Assembly (NCBI RefSeq): GCF_009914755.1
Contig: NC_060927.1
Length of the DNA stretch: 64,000 nucleotides
Strand: one strand, 5' to 3'
Source: the human T2T-CHM13v2.0 reference genome, Homo sapiens
Below the pieces are notes generated by a model that saw only the letters and a program-made list of their open reading frames with translations, did not search any database and was not told the DNA's origin. This document shows positions 27,616-43,261 of this stretch, in pieces. Each line of letters opens with the position of its first letter. The first letter of the stretch is position 1. Made by a program: the position numbers and the translations under genes.

Positions 27616-29290
27616 GTACAGTACCATTTATCACCTGTGTAGATTCACATAACTACCGCTGCAATCAAAATACAGAACTATTCCATCACCACAAGACATC
27701 TCATGCTACCCCTTTATATCCACACCCCTCTCCACCTCCCCTAAACCTTGGCAGCCACTAACTTGTTTTCCATCCCTACAATGTTGTCATTTGGAGAATG
27801 TTATATAAATGGAATCATATAATATGTAACCTTTAAGATTGGCCTCTCTCACTCTACATAATGTCGTTAGTGTCCGTCCAGGTTTTTGCATAGGTCAATA
27901 GTTTGCTCCTTTTTATTGCTATGTAGTATTCCATGGTATGGATGTACCACAGTTTATTTAACCATTTACTTGTTAAGGGATGTTTTGGCTGTTCCTGGTT
28001 TTGAGCCTTGCAAAGAAAGCTGCTGTGAACATTTATGTATAACCTTTGTGTGGACATAAATATTCATCTATCTGGGATAAATGCCCAGGAGTATGATTGT
28101 GTTTAGCTTCTAAAGAAACTGCCACTCTGTTTTCCAGAGTGTTTGTACTATTTGCATCTCACCAGTAATGTGTGAGATCCAGTTTCTCTTCATCCTCACT
28201 AGTATTTGCTATTGTCACTTTTTAAAAAAATTTTAGCTGTTCTAATTGGTATGTAGTAATATCTCATCATGGTCTTAATTCACATTTTCCTAATGGCTAG
28301 CAATGTTGAACATTTTTTCATGTGCTTATTTGCCATCTGTGTATCATCTTTAGGGAAATGTCACTGCATGTCTGTTGCCCATTTTCTAAGTGGATTGTTT
28401 TATTACTATTGAGTTTTGAGACTTCTTTACATATTCTAAATTGATTCTCAGTCAGAAATGTGGTTTGCAGATGTTTTCTCCTAGTCTGTAGCTTGTATTT
28501 TAATCTGCTTAACAGTCTTTCACAGAGCAAAATTTCTTAATTTTGATGAAGTCCAATATTACAATTTTTTTATGGATTATGCTTTTGATGTCACATATAA
28601 GGATTCATCACTAAGCCCTAGATAGCAAAAATTTTCTTCTTTTTTTCTTAAGTTTTACATTTAAAGATATGATCAATTTTAAGTTAATTTTTATATAAGG
28701 TGTGAAACTTAAGTCAAGGTTCAGTTCCCAAGCCATTTGTTGAAAAGACTATCTTCCCTCCACTGTATTTCTTTTGCACTTCTGTAAAAAAATCAGTTAA
28801 CTGGAAGCCAGGTGCAGTGATGCATGCCTGTAGTCCCAGCTACCCAGGAGGCTGAGACAGGAGGATCACTTGAGCCCAGGAGTTCAAGGCTGTAGTGTGC
28901 AGTGATCACACCCGTGAATAGCCACTGTACTCCAGCCTGGGCAGCATAACAGACTGCAGCTCTAAAACAAAACAAAACAAAACAAAAGATTAAAGTTGTA
29001 AATAAAAAAATATATATCAGTTGGCTGTACTTACACGGGTATATTTCTGGGCTCTCTATTTTGTCCCTTTGATCTATGTGTCTATTCCTCCAGTAATACC
29101 ACCCTGTCTTAACTTCTCTATAAAATGCCTTGAAATCAGATAAACTGAGTTCTCCTACTACTTTTGTTTTTCAAAATTACTTTAGCTGTTCTACTTCCCT
29201 TTGCTTTTCATATAAATTTTGGAATAATCTTGTCCATATCAAAATTTTTCTGGGATTTTGATAGGAATTATATTAAACCTGTATATAAAA
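27616..29290 (-). mobile_element. Second L1M (L1MC/MB-like) 3' portion, antisense
   Basis: aaatggaatcatataatatgt 3' UTR motif and ORF2 remnant KLWYIHTMEYY (ORF 27854..28057). Confidence 0.8.
28807..28988 (+). mobile_element. FAM (fossil Alu monomer)
   Basis: Single monomer retaining the 7SL-derived cccgtgaatagccactg segment; (CAAAA)n tail. Confidence 0.8.
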
Positions 29291-30128
29291 ATTATCAAAT
29301 GATTCAGAAAAACAAATGTATCTATGTGTATGTATGTGTGTATCTGCTATACTATGTAGATATATTTGTTTTTCTGAATTGTTTATCTACTATGTAGATA
29401 CCCACATACACACACATTAGTACAAACACGAAGAGAAAGAAAAAAGGCAAAATGTAAACAACTGGTGAATCTGGGCAAAAGATGTGTGCAATTTTTTTAT
29501 AAGTTTGAAACTACATCAAAATAAAAAGTCCTCCCTAATCTCCTGCCAACTAAAAAGTATACATGGAAAAAAAGAGCACACCGTTAATAAATAACTCAGC
29601 AACCCATTTTAGCAGGAGGGCTGAGTCAAACTCTCTCCAGGCAGGCCTGCTTCTTGTGTGGCCAGGACCCAGGATTTCCTTGGACCTCCACAGAAGGTTG
29701 CAGACAATGTCTGGGAGTCTGGCTAAGGAGCTTACCAGATTGTGTGACCTCGGTGAGATCACAGGCCCGCCTCAGGGATCCACAGCACAAGGGGCAATGA
29801 GGTGGTGCCAGTGAGAGTGGAAGACAAAGGGCTCCAGCCAGGACTAGAGAAGGAAGGAAGGTGGCTGAGTCTCAGGCTTCAGCAGCCACCACCCCGTGCA
29901 GTGTTGATCGGCAGAGGGAGGGAGGATCTGCAGGACCAAGGGTGGACCCTCTTCCCTAACTGTCACCAGGACAACGTGAAAGTTTGTCCACACCTCATGG
30001 GGAAGGGAGGAGGGGAACTCTGAAACCCTGAGCATTCACCCAGAGTCATCCCAGAATTTACCTAAAAATGACTTTCAGTTTATCAGATCAGACTGAGATC
30101 ATCATTTCTACTAAATCAAGGAATATAA

Positions 30129-30160
30129 ACACACACACACACACATACACACACACACAC
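30129..30160. repeat. (CA)n microsatellite
   Basis: Directly visible. Confidence 0.95.
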
Positions 30161-30553
30161 CCCTTTCTCTGCACAATAGGCACAGCGTAAATATGCAACT
30201 CCTCTATGCTTGATAAAATGTGGTGCCCAGCCCTGAATACAAGGCTCCAGGTGAAACCTGGCCCACTCAGGGTAGAGAGGACCGTGAACTCCTCATTCCA
30301 AATCTTATATCTCAGTTAATCTAATCTAAGAATGTAGGCTCACCTTCAACACTATCCATCAAAGCTTTTTCACACTGCCCACAGAAAAGGCCAATCCTTG
30401 ATAGTTCATTTTCACTGAATATTTTGATTTGCTTGTTTTCAAGGTAACCACACTTGTTATAAGAAACCTGGAAAAGTGCAGAAAAGCACGCAGAAGGAGA
30501 TTTAAACCACTTGTAATCCTGGTACTCATGAATCACTATTAAACATTTTTTTC

Positions 30554-30555
30554 CA

Positions 30556-30590
<35 letters not shown>
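30554..30590. repeat. (CA)n microsatellite
   Basis: Directly visible. Confidence 0.95.
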
Positions 30591-30698
30591 GAAAATCTTA
30601 CCATTTTGTAACCTTTTAAAATAAGTTTTTACAAGATATTTTGAGTATTTTCCTATATCATTAGATATTCTTCCTTAACATAATTTTTAAAGACTATG

Positions 30699-30912
30699 CA
30701 ACGGGGTTTCTCGACGTTGGCACTATGGACATTGGGGTCAGGTAATTGTTGTTGGGGGCTTTTCTGAACATTGTAGGATGTTGCAGACCTCTGACCTCTA
30801 CTCACTGGATGCCTGTAGCACCTCCCCACTCTGCTGCACATAACAACCAAAACTGTCTCCAGACATTTTTGTCCCTTAGAGGGCAAAATCACTCCCAGTT
30901 GACAACTGTTGC
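30699..30912 (+). mobile_element. MER20 (hAT-Charlie) DNA transposon
   Basis: ggcactatggacattggggtcaggtaatt...aaccaaaactgtctccagacatt...gggcaaaatcactcccagttga. Confidence 0.8.
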
Positions 30913-31111
30913 TATGTAGTACTTTATCCCGGGTAAATGTGATCATTTACTTAGAAATCCATCTTATTAGATATACATATTATTTATAGTTATTCCGAGC
31001 TATGAATAATGCTGGATATACCTCTCTGGTTTTGTTATTTTACACGTTTTTGAGTTTTCAGAAGTGGCCTTCTGGGTCAAAGAATATGCATGTTTCTAAA
31101 GCCAGTGATAG

Positions 31112-31450
<339 letters not shown>

Positions 31451-31654
31451 TTATGTTCTTACTAAGAGTATATGAAATTACCTGTTCTCCTAAACTCTTG
31501 TTAGCTCTGGAAATTATAATTTTTAAAGATCTTCGCAAATTTTGTTTTTGCTATAAGACAATTATTTCAGTTAAATTTTTTCTTGAAAATTTTAGTTTGC
31601 CAGGATGTTTTCAATCCTGTCTCTGTCTCTGATAAGTTTTCTATCTTTAACTTC

Positions 31655-31975
31655 ATGTTACTTGCAAATTTGACAAGAATTTAAATGTTGTAAAAAAAAT
31701 AGGGTTTAGCCTAGAATCCTGTAGCAGGCCAACAGAAATTTCCCATCAATCCACTAGTTAGTTCTGCATCCCTAGGTACAATCATTCAGCAAGTCCCTAA
31801 CCCACTTAATTACCTCAGTCTCTAACTGATATTTTCAAACCTTTCCTAAAGGGTACAATGAAAGACAATGTCAAATATTTTGTTGAGGTCTGGATTTAGT
31901 ACCTACCACATTTCTCTGGTGAACCAATCTAATAACCCTATGAAAGAATAAGTCTTTACCTGTGTACAACCCTTT
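31655..31975 (-). mobile_element. L3/CR1 LINE reverse-transcriptase remnant
   Basis: The minus strand reads PDLNKIFD (compare CR1 RT DFSKAFD) near 31870-31893 and KFA (compare KFADD) near 31662-31670. Confidence 0.6.
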
Positions 31976-32228
31976 ACAGTTTGGACACATTTTTAAATTC
32001 ATTTATTTTCATTTGGACAAATGAAAATATATGTTGCACATACTCAGTCCATCCCCCTATTTTCAGCCTCCCTTTCGAATGTAGTTGGGGCCTCCAAATC
32101 CTAAGCCTTTCCAGAGTTCCGTAGCATGAATCTGTTTCTTGGCTTTTTCACTGCCAGGTTGGGTTTCTGGTCTGCTGAGCCAGTGCCACCCAACCCTGTT
32201 CTTCCCTTAAGAGTTACATCTCCTATGA

Positions 32229-32400
32229 GCTAGGCACAGTGGCATATACCTATAGTCCAGCTACTTGGGAGGCTAAGGCAGGAGGATCACTTGAGCCCAG
32301 GAGTCTGAGGCTGCAGTGCACTGTGATCACACCTGTGACGAGCCCTGCACTCCAGCCTGGGCAGCATAGCAAGAGCTCATCTCTTTAAAAAAAAAAAAAA
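32229..32400 (+). mobile_element. FAM (fossil Alu monomer)
   Basis: Monomer with the gatcacacctgtgacgagccctgcactcc 7SL-type segment; TSD agttacatctccta/agttacatttccta. Confidence 0.75.
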
Positions 32401-32514
32401 GTTACATTTCCTAGTCTCCCTCACAGGCAGGACTGCCAGGAATAGGTCTGCGATTCCTGAAGATTGAAGCTGTTGCAATTTAGGGGCCCACTTTTTAAAA
32501 AATATATAAAAATG

Positions 32515-32851
<337 letters not shown>

Positions 32852-32857
32852 AAATTG

Positions 32858-33180
<323 letters not shown>

Positions 33181-34430
33181 TAAATATATGCAAAATTTGT
33201 GACAATGGTAAATATCTATTTACTTGAAAAAAGGAAATCACAAGTTAAACACTTAAAAAGCTGAAATATACCACAAATAACACAAAATCCAGAAAAACAA
33301 TACAATGTTTTTATTTCTATTTATTTTTTCTTAGGGGTCTACTCATGGAACTCTCCTCTGACCAGTCTATATAAAGAGCCAGTCTCCATTCTTCACCCTG
33401 CTTTCTTTTATTCCATAGCATTTATCCCAAGAGCATCACATCTGTCTTATTTGTTCATGTATTTTCTTTCTTCCCCTCTAGAATGTAAGATCTAGAGGGC
33501 AAAAACATTTTCTGTCTAGTTTGCCATTTTGCCCCCAAACCAGAAAAGGATAAGTACTCAATGAGTGTTGAATAAATGTTGGAAATTTTCACGTAGAACC
33601 CCATAGCTCACAAACTGTATGTAGTGTATGATCCAGTTTTCGTTTAAAAATATTCATAGAAGAAAAAGACCAGAAATAGATCAAAATATTTAAAGTGATT
33701 ATCTTGGGATGATAAAACTAGGATTGATTTTCATTTTCTTAATCCTGTTTTTCTAGATATTCCAATTTTCATTTCAGTGATGTATTTAAAATTTTACATG
33801 AGTGAAATGCTCATGATGAAATGCGAGATGAAAAAGCTAGAAACAAAATGTATCTACTATGATCCTGATTTCTTTAAGACATATTTTAATTAAAAAAAGA
33901 CTTGAAGGAAATGCAGCAACAAATTGAAAATGGCTACCTCTGGAAGTTGGAATAACAGATGGTTTTCATTTCTTTCTACTTGTTTATGTTTTTGCAGATT
34001 TTATAATGAGCATGAATTACTTTGATAATGCATGATCATAAAAACAACAAATGTTACTACGGAGGAAAGAATGGGAGTTGAGAAAAATGAGGTTCCATTA
34101 AATTAGAAGTAAGGCTTGATATTTATTTGGTAGTATTCAAAGAAAGGGCAGGGAAGACAAAAAAGAGTACCAAGAAAGAGGGAATAAGGTAGGAATGGGA
34201 GGCCTTGATGAGATCAAGATAGTAATAGGGAAAGAAAGAAGGGATGAATATAATAATGCAGGTGGAGCAGTGGAGCAGAGGGAGTAAGTTGGGCTTTCCC
34301 TCATTTGGATTGAAATGAGAGCCCACTCTCAGAACTTCCTAAAGCAGCCCTAGAATAATATATTAATGGGAATGCGAAGGGAGAAGTCCAAGTTGAGTAG
34401 TAAGTAAATGGATATCATTTTATAAACTTC

Positions 34431-34728
<298 letters not shown>

Positions 34729-36537
34729 CATTTTGTAAACTTCTGTTGGGCTCTTTTAAAAATCAATGGAGAAAAAATATATTCTGAAATTGCTCCAAAT
34801 GCCTTCTTATCTCTAGTTTTTCAAGACAGGTTTCTGAATCAGGATATTCATGACTTAACTTACTTGTGCATTAATTCAGGTGGTAATGATTGACCGTAAC
34901 TTCAAATAACAGGACACATTCTTGTGGTCTCCTGAGGACCACCTGGGTAATGGAATAATAATGACAATTAGGATATGGTGAATCCACCTTCTCACTATGA
35001 CATAGAATGTCAAATAGAAGTAGTTAGTATTCATTGAAAGCAGCATGTGAATAATCAGATAAAAGAAAAGTACTTAGTGAAGGCAAGAAACACTTAGTGA
35101 AAAGTCTTTTAACATTTATTTTTGTAGCACAATAAAATAAAAATGTGAGTTAGTTTTAAAATTCATAGCTTATCTAAAGGAACTCCCCAGGACTTATTGC
35201 CTACATATAAAGTTACTTTAAAGAGAGAAATAGAGACCTTATGGTAAAATAGAAAGAATTCAAAGTTCCTTTTTATTAGAATACACATTGATATGTGAAA
35301 GTGCTTTTAATTAGAGATAATTAAAATAATAGGCTATATTTAAAATAATTACATACTAAAAGATGTCTACAAAATGATGGGAACTTGGCTGTAAAATTTT
35401 AACATGAGCAATATTAAGCAAAATAATACCTTATCTACATGAATATTTTTTTTACTAATCTGTCTTTTCACCCCACGTGCCCTTATTCTGCCTAGAAGGG
35501 AAAAAAACTCACCAATTTACAGACCTTGATTCAGCCAGTATAGAATAAATTTACTGGAGTTATATCTCTATGACAAAGTTATAAACATAAATTTCCCATT
35601 GAAATAAAACTTAAAGATACCAGATTGCTTGAAATATCTATCTATACACATATCTATAGAAATAGATAACTACATATTTAATATATAACAGGTCCGTATT
35701 CCTTACGTTGATAGTTAACTTAAAAGAAAACAAAACTAGAAAGCCCTACCTAAGAAGAGATGTTTAAGTATAATCTAAGTAGTAATAAAATGAAATACAA
35801 ATTAAAACAAGGAGCTTTTCTTCCCCCACTCAAATTAGCAAAGCATTTTTTAAATGATAGTACCCAAAGAATCATTATCAATCATCACCAATAGCATTTT
35901 AAAGTGGTTCAGACATTTTGTAAAGTAATCTGGCAATATAAATTGAGAGGCACAAAAAAGGTTATAACTTTCAATTTAGCAATTCCAGCTGTAGGAATGT
36001 ATCCTAAGGAAATAATCTCAAACATGGAAACAGCTACAAGCAAAAAATAATAATCATCTAAGCATTATTCATAATAGAAAAAAATGAGGGAGGAGAGAAC
36101 CCTGAAAAAATTGGAATAGCTAATAAAAGAACATGTAAATTATGGTACATTCATTTGTTATATTCTGCAGGTGGTAAAAAATGATAGTTATGAAAAACTA
36201 GGGGAAAACATGGAAGAAATCTTATGGTGGGTTAAATTTTAACAGCAGAATGTCAATTTGAATATATTTATGATTGCAATTCTTCAAAAATATGCTTTTT
36301 GAAAATACATGAAAAAGATAATGATAGGGCTGTTAGGTGATGAGCGTATGGATACTTTTATTCTTTTTCTATACTTATTACATTTTTGTGATGTGATTAT
36401 ATTACTCTAAAAATAAAAATATTGTTAAATTTTTGGAATGGAGTTTTACTGACTTGGAGGTGTTGGTTTTTTTCCCGAGTGTTTTTACTGGCTTGGGATA
36501 GTTTTTTCCCCCAATGTTTTTCCACCTTCTTCTTCTC

Positions 36538-36892
36538 CTTTATTTTATTTTATTTTATTTTATTTTATATTTTATTTTATTTTATTTCATTTTATTCATT
36601 TATTTTGAGACAGGGTCTCACTTTGCTCCGAGGCTGGATGGAGTACAGTGGCAGAATCACAGCTCACTGAAGCCTCAATCTCAGGGGCTCTAGCCATCCT
36701 CCCATTGCAGCCTCCCAAGTAGCTGAGACTACAGGCGTGTGCCACCATGCCCCGCTAATTTTTGTATTTTTTTGTTGAGACAGGGTTTCGCCATGTTGCT
36801 CAGGCTGGTCTTGAGCTCCTTGGCTCAAGCACTCCTCTTGCCTCAGCCTCCCAAAGTGCTGGGAATACAGGCATGAACCACCGCACCTGGCC
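36538..36892 (-). mobile_element. AluJ, antisense, with (TTTTA)n tail
   Basis: Reverse Alu and pentanucleotide tail. Confidence 0.9.
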
Positions 36893-37604
36893 CTCCAGCT
36901 TCTTCTTTAATGCCACTAAATCTCTGAGGCCTTGATAAAACTAGACAGCATAAACATAAAGTAAAATGGGGGGGTGGTGGGAATTTTTAGGTAAATACAG
37001 CTGAAAATGCTTACAATGAAATATGATATTAAAAAATTGGATACAAATTGATTTATCTAATATATTCTGATTTTCATTTGTTAAAAATATTTTTATTAAA
37101 AATAAGGTTTGACCTTAGATATGACAAAACGGGCAAGCAAGAAAAGAAAAAAATAGATAAATGAAACTTCATCAAAATTAAAACATTTTGTGCTTCGAAG
37201 GACAAAGTGGGTACACTTTACACCCACTAGCATGACTATAATAAAAAGATAAACAACAGGTACTGTTGACCAGGATGTGGAGAAATCAGAATCCTCATAC
37301 ATTGCTGGTAGGAACGTAAAATGGTGCAGTTGCTTTGGGAAACAGTTTGGAAGCTCCTCAAAAAGTTAAACATGGAGTTACCATTTGAGCCAACAATTAC
37401 ATTCCTAGGAGAAATGAAACATATGGGCAGAAAAACTTATACATACATGAAAGTTCAGAGAAACATTATAAATACTCCCAAAGTAGAAACAACCCAAATG
37501 TCTATCAACAGACCAATGGATAAACAAAATTTGACATATACATACAATGAAATATGATTCAACTGAGTGAAGTTCTGATACATGCTACAATATGGATGAA
37601 CTTT

Positions 37605-37939
<335 letters not shown>

Positions 37940-37961
37940 TGAGTGAAAGAAGCCGGTTCCA

Positions 37962-38617
37962 CACTTTTACACTGTTGGTGGGAGTGTAAACTAGTTCAAC
38001 CATTGTGGAAGACAGTGTGGCGATTCCTCAAGGATCTAGAACTAGAAATACCGTTTGACCCAGCCATCCCATTACTGGGTATATACCCAAAGGATTATAA
38101 ATCATGCTGCTATAAAGACACATGCACGCGTATGTTTATTGCGGCACTATTCACGATAGCAAAGACTTGGAACCAACCCACATGCCCATCAATGATAGAC
38201 TGGATTAAGAAAATGTGGTACATATACACCATGGAATACTATGCAGCCATAAAAAAGGATGAGTTCATGTCCTTTGTAGGGACAAGGATGAAGCTGGAAA
38301 CCATCATTCTCAGCAAACTATCACAAGGACAGAAAACCAAACACCACATCTTCTCACTCATAGGTGGGAATTGAACAATGAGAATACTCGGACACAGAGT
38401 GGGGAACATCAAACACCAGGGCCTGTTGTGGGGTGAGGGGATGGGGGAGGGATAGCATTAGGAGATATACCTAATGTAAATGACGAGTTAATGGGTGCTG
38501 CAGCACACCAACATGGCACATGTATACATATGTAACAAACCTGCATGTTGTGCACATGTACCCTAGAACTTAAAGTATAATTTAAAAAAAAAATTAAAAT
38601 TAAAAATAAAAAATTAA
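37962..38617 (+). mobile_element. 5'-truncated primate L1PA (ORF2 C-terminus, 3' UTR and poly-A)
   Basis: Open frame TLLHCWWECKLVQPLWK...FSLIGGN*, G-rich 3' UTR tract and A tail; 16-bp TSD aaagaagc(c/t)ggttcca at 37946-37961 and 38618-38633. Confidence 0.96.
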
Positions 38618-39034
38618 AAAGAAGCTGGTTCCAAGAGACCATATATTGTATGATTGCATTTATATGAACATCTAGAATATGCAAATCTATAGGGACAGAA
38701 AGTAGATTAGTTGTTTCCCAGAGCTGGGGAATTGCAGGGTGGGAGAATGGATATGGGGCTTCTTTCTGGATCCATGAAAATATTCTAAAATTAGACTGCA
38801 ATGATGGTTGTCCAATTTTGTGAAGGTATTAAAACTGTTGAATTCATATGCTTTAAGTGGGTAAATTACATGGTATGTGAATTATATTTCAATAAAGCAG
38901 TTTTTTAAAAAGTATAACACCTCTATTAGAATGACCAATGATTTTCATTTTCATCTATTTTTGGGTGGTAAGCAGTGTTCATAACAGGCATTGTCTAATA
39001 AAGTGTTATCAAGGATAACAGTTATGTATTATCA

Positions 39035-39290
39035 AAAAGACAGTGAGGCAGAGCTGCTGAGCACAAGTAAGCTCAGGAGCCAACAGAGATCTGGATCACA
39101 ATCCTTAGCCAGGCTGCCATTAACTATTAGTTGGGTGATCTTGAGCAAGTCACCTAACCTCTCTTGTGCCTTAGCTTCTTTCTCTGCACAGAGAACAGCA
39201 TGATGATTTCTTCATACTCGGTTGTTCTGAGCATTAACGTGGAGTTTGCTTAACATGGCATATGGCAAACTCTCAATAAATGCAGGTCAG
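39035..39290 (+). mobile_element. MIR SINE
   Basis: gggtgatcttgagcaagtcacctaacctctcttgtgccttagcttc. Confidence 0.7.
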
Positions 39291-42169
39291 CAATAGGAGT
39301 AGGAATGGTAGAGGTATTAGTGCTAGTGGTAGTCGTCATAGGGCATCCATAGTGCAAAAAAGGTTATGAACCACCACTCTCAGCCCACATCACGGTTGCA
39401 AGGCACTCTCTCTGCAGGTTGGTAGGTTGTCGTAAGTGAGGAGGTGGGAGAAGATGCCTCCCCAGTTCATACGGCTTTTGCAGAAAGTGTTGAAAGAAGC
39501 ATTCTTTTGGCTTTCCGGGCATTTTGAATTCCTAATTCTGATTATTTTTTTTTTTCTCTATGCTTAGGGGAGGCCAGAGGGAGGCCTTTCTCTGAGCTCT
39601 GCGGAGGCCAGTAGGTAGAACATTTCTTTCCATTTTGCTGCTATGTATATTTGTTTCTTTCACTTTCTTTCTTCTTTTTAAAATTCACACCAAAATAAAT
39701 GATTGAATTTAGACTTTTTTCCAACTTAATAAAATTACCTTGGGTTCAAAAACTATATTTGAGAGGTATAAAGTAATGGACCTCAATGGAATATGAGGTT
39801 TATCACTATCAGGTCTGTCTTATTAGAAGCCTCATATATTCTACCATTTTACAGAGCTCTACATAATTAAGGAAAAATTAGGCTGAGTTTTTGCTCTTTT
39901 TAAACTTAGATTTGCTGTCTATAAACACATGGTCACATATTCTAGAGAAATTCCTTCACATGTACAAAAGAGGATGTGTTTGAGAATGTTCGAATCAACG
40001 TCGTTGGTCATCACAAAAATAAATTTTAATCATGCAATTAAAAACAGGTGGCAGTGGAGTTGGAATGAATTAGAGCCATAGTTATTAACAAGAAAAAAAT
40101 CACTGAAAATTAAAAAGTTGAAAGATATTGGGAGTATGATCTCATTTATACAAAGCTTAAAATCTACAAAACAATACTATTGTTTTGGATGCCTCTATGA
40201 GTAGTAAAAGCTAAAAGAGTTGCATGGGAATAATAAACACAAAATTGAGAATAGCGGTGATTTGGGCAGTGAAAGAATGGAGGGGAATGGAGTCAGGGAA
40301 GTGCCTTCAACCGTATTTGTAAGATTTTAATCTGAGGGCTGGGCATAGTGATGTTCTTTATATTATTTTAATGGCTTTTCATGTATTATTTCATACTTCA
40401 TAAATTATTTTTTAAAGAAAAAATGTGGAGGCATGCAGTTTGTTCTACTATTCTCTCTACTTTTCTGAATTTTAACATTTTTCAAATTAATAAAATACTA
40501 TATTTTAACGTAAACTCTACATGCATAACTTCCCCTTTTTGTCACCTATGTTTTAGTACTCAAATGAATTGAAGGGAAGATAGAGTGAGGTAGTGATATT
40601 ATTTCAGAAGTAGTGAACCAAGGCCTCCTCTGCTGGAACTGGAACTTGAAATAAATTAGGTTTAGTTCAGTCTGGAGTATTAATTGGATTTAATTATTTA
40701 TGAGCTAAGTGTCATAAGGGTCCATGATCCTTAAAAGAATTAATCACATTTCAAAGGGCATTGAAAACCATATAAACGCAATAAAGTTGCATAGTCTATT
40801 CATCAGCACATTACCTTAAAGTCCTGTGGAAGAAGCAGTCTATTTAACATTCTAAAAATTAGTCCAGACTTTTGTATCAGACTTTGTGCAATGTCATTTA
40901 CTACCCATGGGAAAGAAATGATTACACACATACCATAACACAACACATATTTCATAAAGATACAGGCGTATTTAACAACATATATATGAGATACATGGGT
41001 GGATGACTACCTGGAAGGTGGAGGAGATTGGCTAAAAATAAAATAAAATGCCTTCTGGCAGGTCTGGCCGGATTCCCACTGGATTAGCCCGCTTCTAGAG
41101 GCCGTGTGTCACCAGCATTGGTGACCAGCACTACAGTTGCATCCATCTTTCTAACAAAGACAATCCACAGACAAGCCCCATCACTTAAGCTCGTGGCCAG
41201 GACTGTCCAGGATGTGGCCCTCAGTTCTGGTTCTTCTGTAAAATCTACAACCTTCATAGTGGTTGGCCACAGAAAAAGAGAACGTTTTCCTGATGGAATG
41301 TATTAGGAGAACACCACTCTAAGGAGAACAATTTACTTTTTTTTATCAATCCTGAAATAAATCAGTGACAAAATTCAGTCAGACTCTGGCTGTTTATATT
41401 TCTAGGAACCTAAGGAATTGCCAGGTGACTCCATGTGAAGCTACCCAGGTACCAGGATCTGAACGTGTTAACACTGGACACTCAAAGTGGACAGAAGGGC
41501 AGACAGGCCTGGAAAGATTGCTCCATGTCCAGCAAATTCCCTATGGCCTCATGGTGTTGCTTGTAGGTCTGGATAGACCCTCCGTGGTTTCTGCCCATCA
41601 TTTTTGCCTGGCTCTCACGTCCATGGACCACCTCTCCAGAGAGCTGCTCTCATCATCCTTCCAACCTGGGGACACGATTAGCACTGCCAGGGCAGGTAGC
41701 CCCTCTCTTGGCTTTTTTTTTTTTTTTTAATTTACAGATTCCCTTTTGTCCCCATGTGCATCTCCCTCACCAGTGTGTGAGATGTGTCTGTAAGTAAGGA
41801 TACGAATGTCCTTAAGAATATGTGATGTCATTGTGTGTACTGATGCATTTCAAGTAATGCGAATGGCATTGGGCTTAAAAATGATATAAAGAAAGAGAGG
41901 GGTTTTAATGGACTGGTCATGATAATTTGCTATGAATTCAGGAACTCTTGAAATGATTATGATGAACTCTCTGCACTTAAGGTTAAAAAACAAAAAAACC
42001 AGATCCCTTGACCTTAAGGTCAAGGTTCTCTTCTTCATAGAGAAAAGGAACATGATGAGTGCCCCATCCTGAAGCCATCAAGCAGGCTTTAAGGGCCAGA
42101 TTTGTTCCAGCAGTAATAAATAATGTTATCGGTTATAAGAATCTAACATCAGGTACCCTCTTTATGTAG

Positions 42170-42625
42170 GATGCATTGAGAATGACCAAACATAATATCC
42201 TTGCCAAAAAATGCATAAGCTTAATCTAATCGTAAGAAAACACCAGACAAACCCAAATGAGGAACATTTTACAAAACAAGTTAGCCGTGCTACTCAGAAG
42301 TATCAAAGTCATGAAAAACAAGAAAAGAGCAAGGAAATGTCACAGACTGGAAGAATCTAAGAAGACATATAACTAAATGCAACCCAGGATCCTGGATTGA
42401 ATACCAAAACAGAAAGAGGACATTCATGGGCAAACTAGTAAAATTACATAAGTTTTTAGTCTTTTTGTTACAGTACCAATGTTAATTTCCAGGTTTTGAT
42501 AACTGTACTGTAGTTACGTAAGCTGTTAACAGTAGGGGAAGTCAGATGAAGATTATAAAGGAACTCTCAATGCTATTTTTGCAACTTTTCTCTAAGTCTA
42601 GGATTATTTCAAAATAAAATTTTTT
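42170..42625 (+). mobile_element. L1MC-like 3' UTR fragment
   Basis: taactaaatgcaac...atcctggattg...ctatttttgcaacttttctctaagtctaggattatttcaaaataaa. Confidence 0.65.
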
Positions 42626-43261
42626 TTTTAAATCTAGGCCTAATGCCCTTTTGAGGAGTCAATTTTTGGTGACTGATTCAATGTTTAAATAGTTATTGGT
42701 CTATCTAAATTTTCTATCCCTTCTCTGAAAGTTTTAGTAATTTATATTTTTTTCTCAAGTTTTCCATTTCAACTATGTTTTCAGAATTTGGCATGATATC
42801 CATTTACATAATCCCCAAATAGGTTTTGAGTTCTCTGCTAGGTTTATAGTTATATCACCCTTTTTATAACTGGCTTTATTCATTTGTGGGTCTCTTACTC
42901 TGCTTTCTCCTTTGGTTGGGGGCTAAAAGAGCTTTGTCCTTTTACCTTTCAAATAATCTGTTTTGGTTTTGGTAATCATCCCATTATTTACTTTCTACTT
43001 TCAGTAATTTCTGGTTTCATCTTCATTTTTTCTTCCTTCTATTATTTTTAATTCATTCTATTACTCTTTTTCTAACTTCTTGAATTGAATGCTTTGCTCA
43101 TTAATTTGCTATCTCGTTTTCTAATATAGACAGTCATAAGAATGTATAGTTATTTTTTCTACTTCTATTTGCATCACTTAAGTTTTCGTATGTGGTGCTT
43201 TCATTGTTGTATAATTTTAAGGGTTCTCATTTCTTCAACTCACAGATTATTTGTAAGTAAG

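Noticed and set aside
37943-38374. 143-aa ORF with a convincing protein-like sequence
   Set aside because: It is the LINE-1 ORF2p C-terminus of a 5'-truncated L1PA bounded by TSDs, not a host gene.
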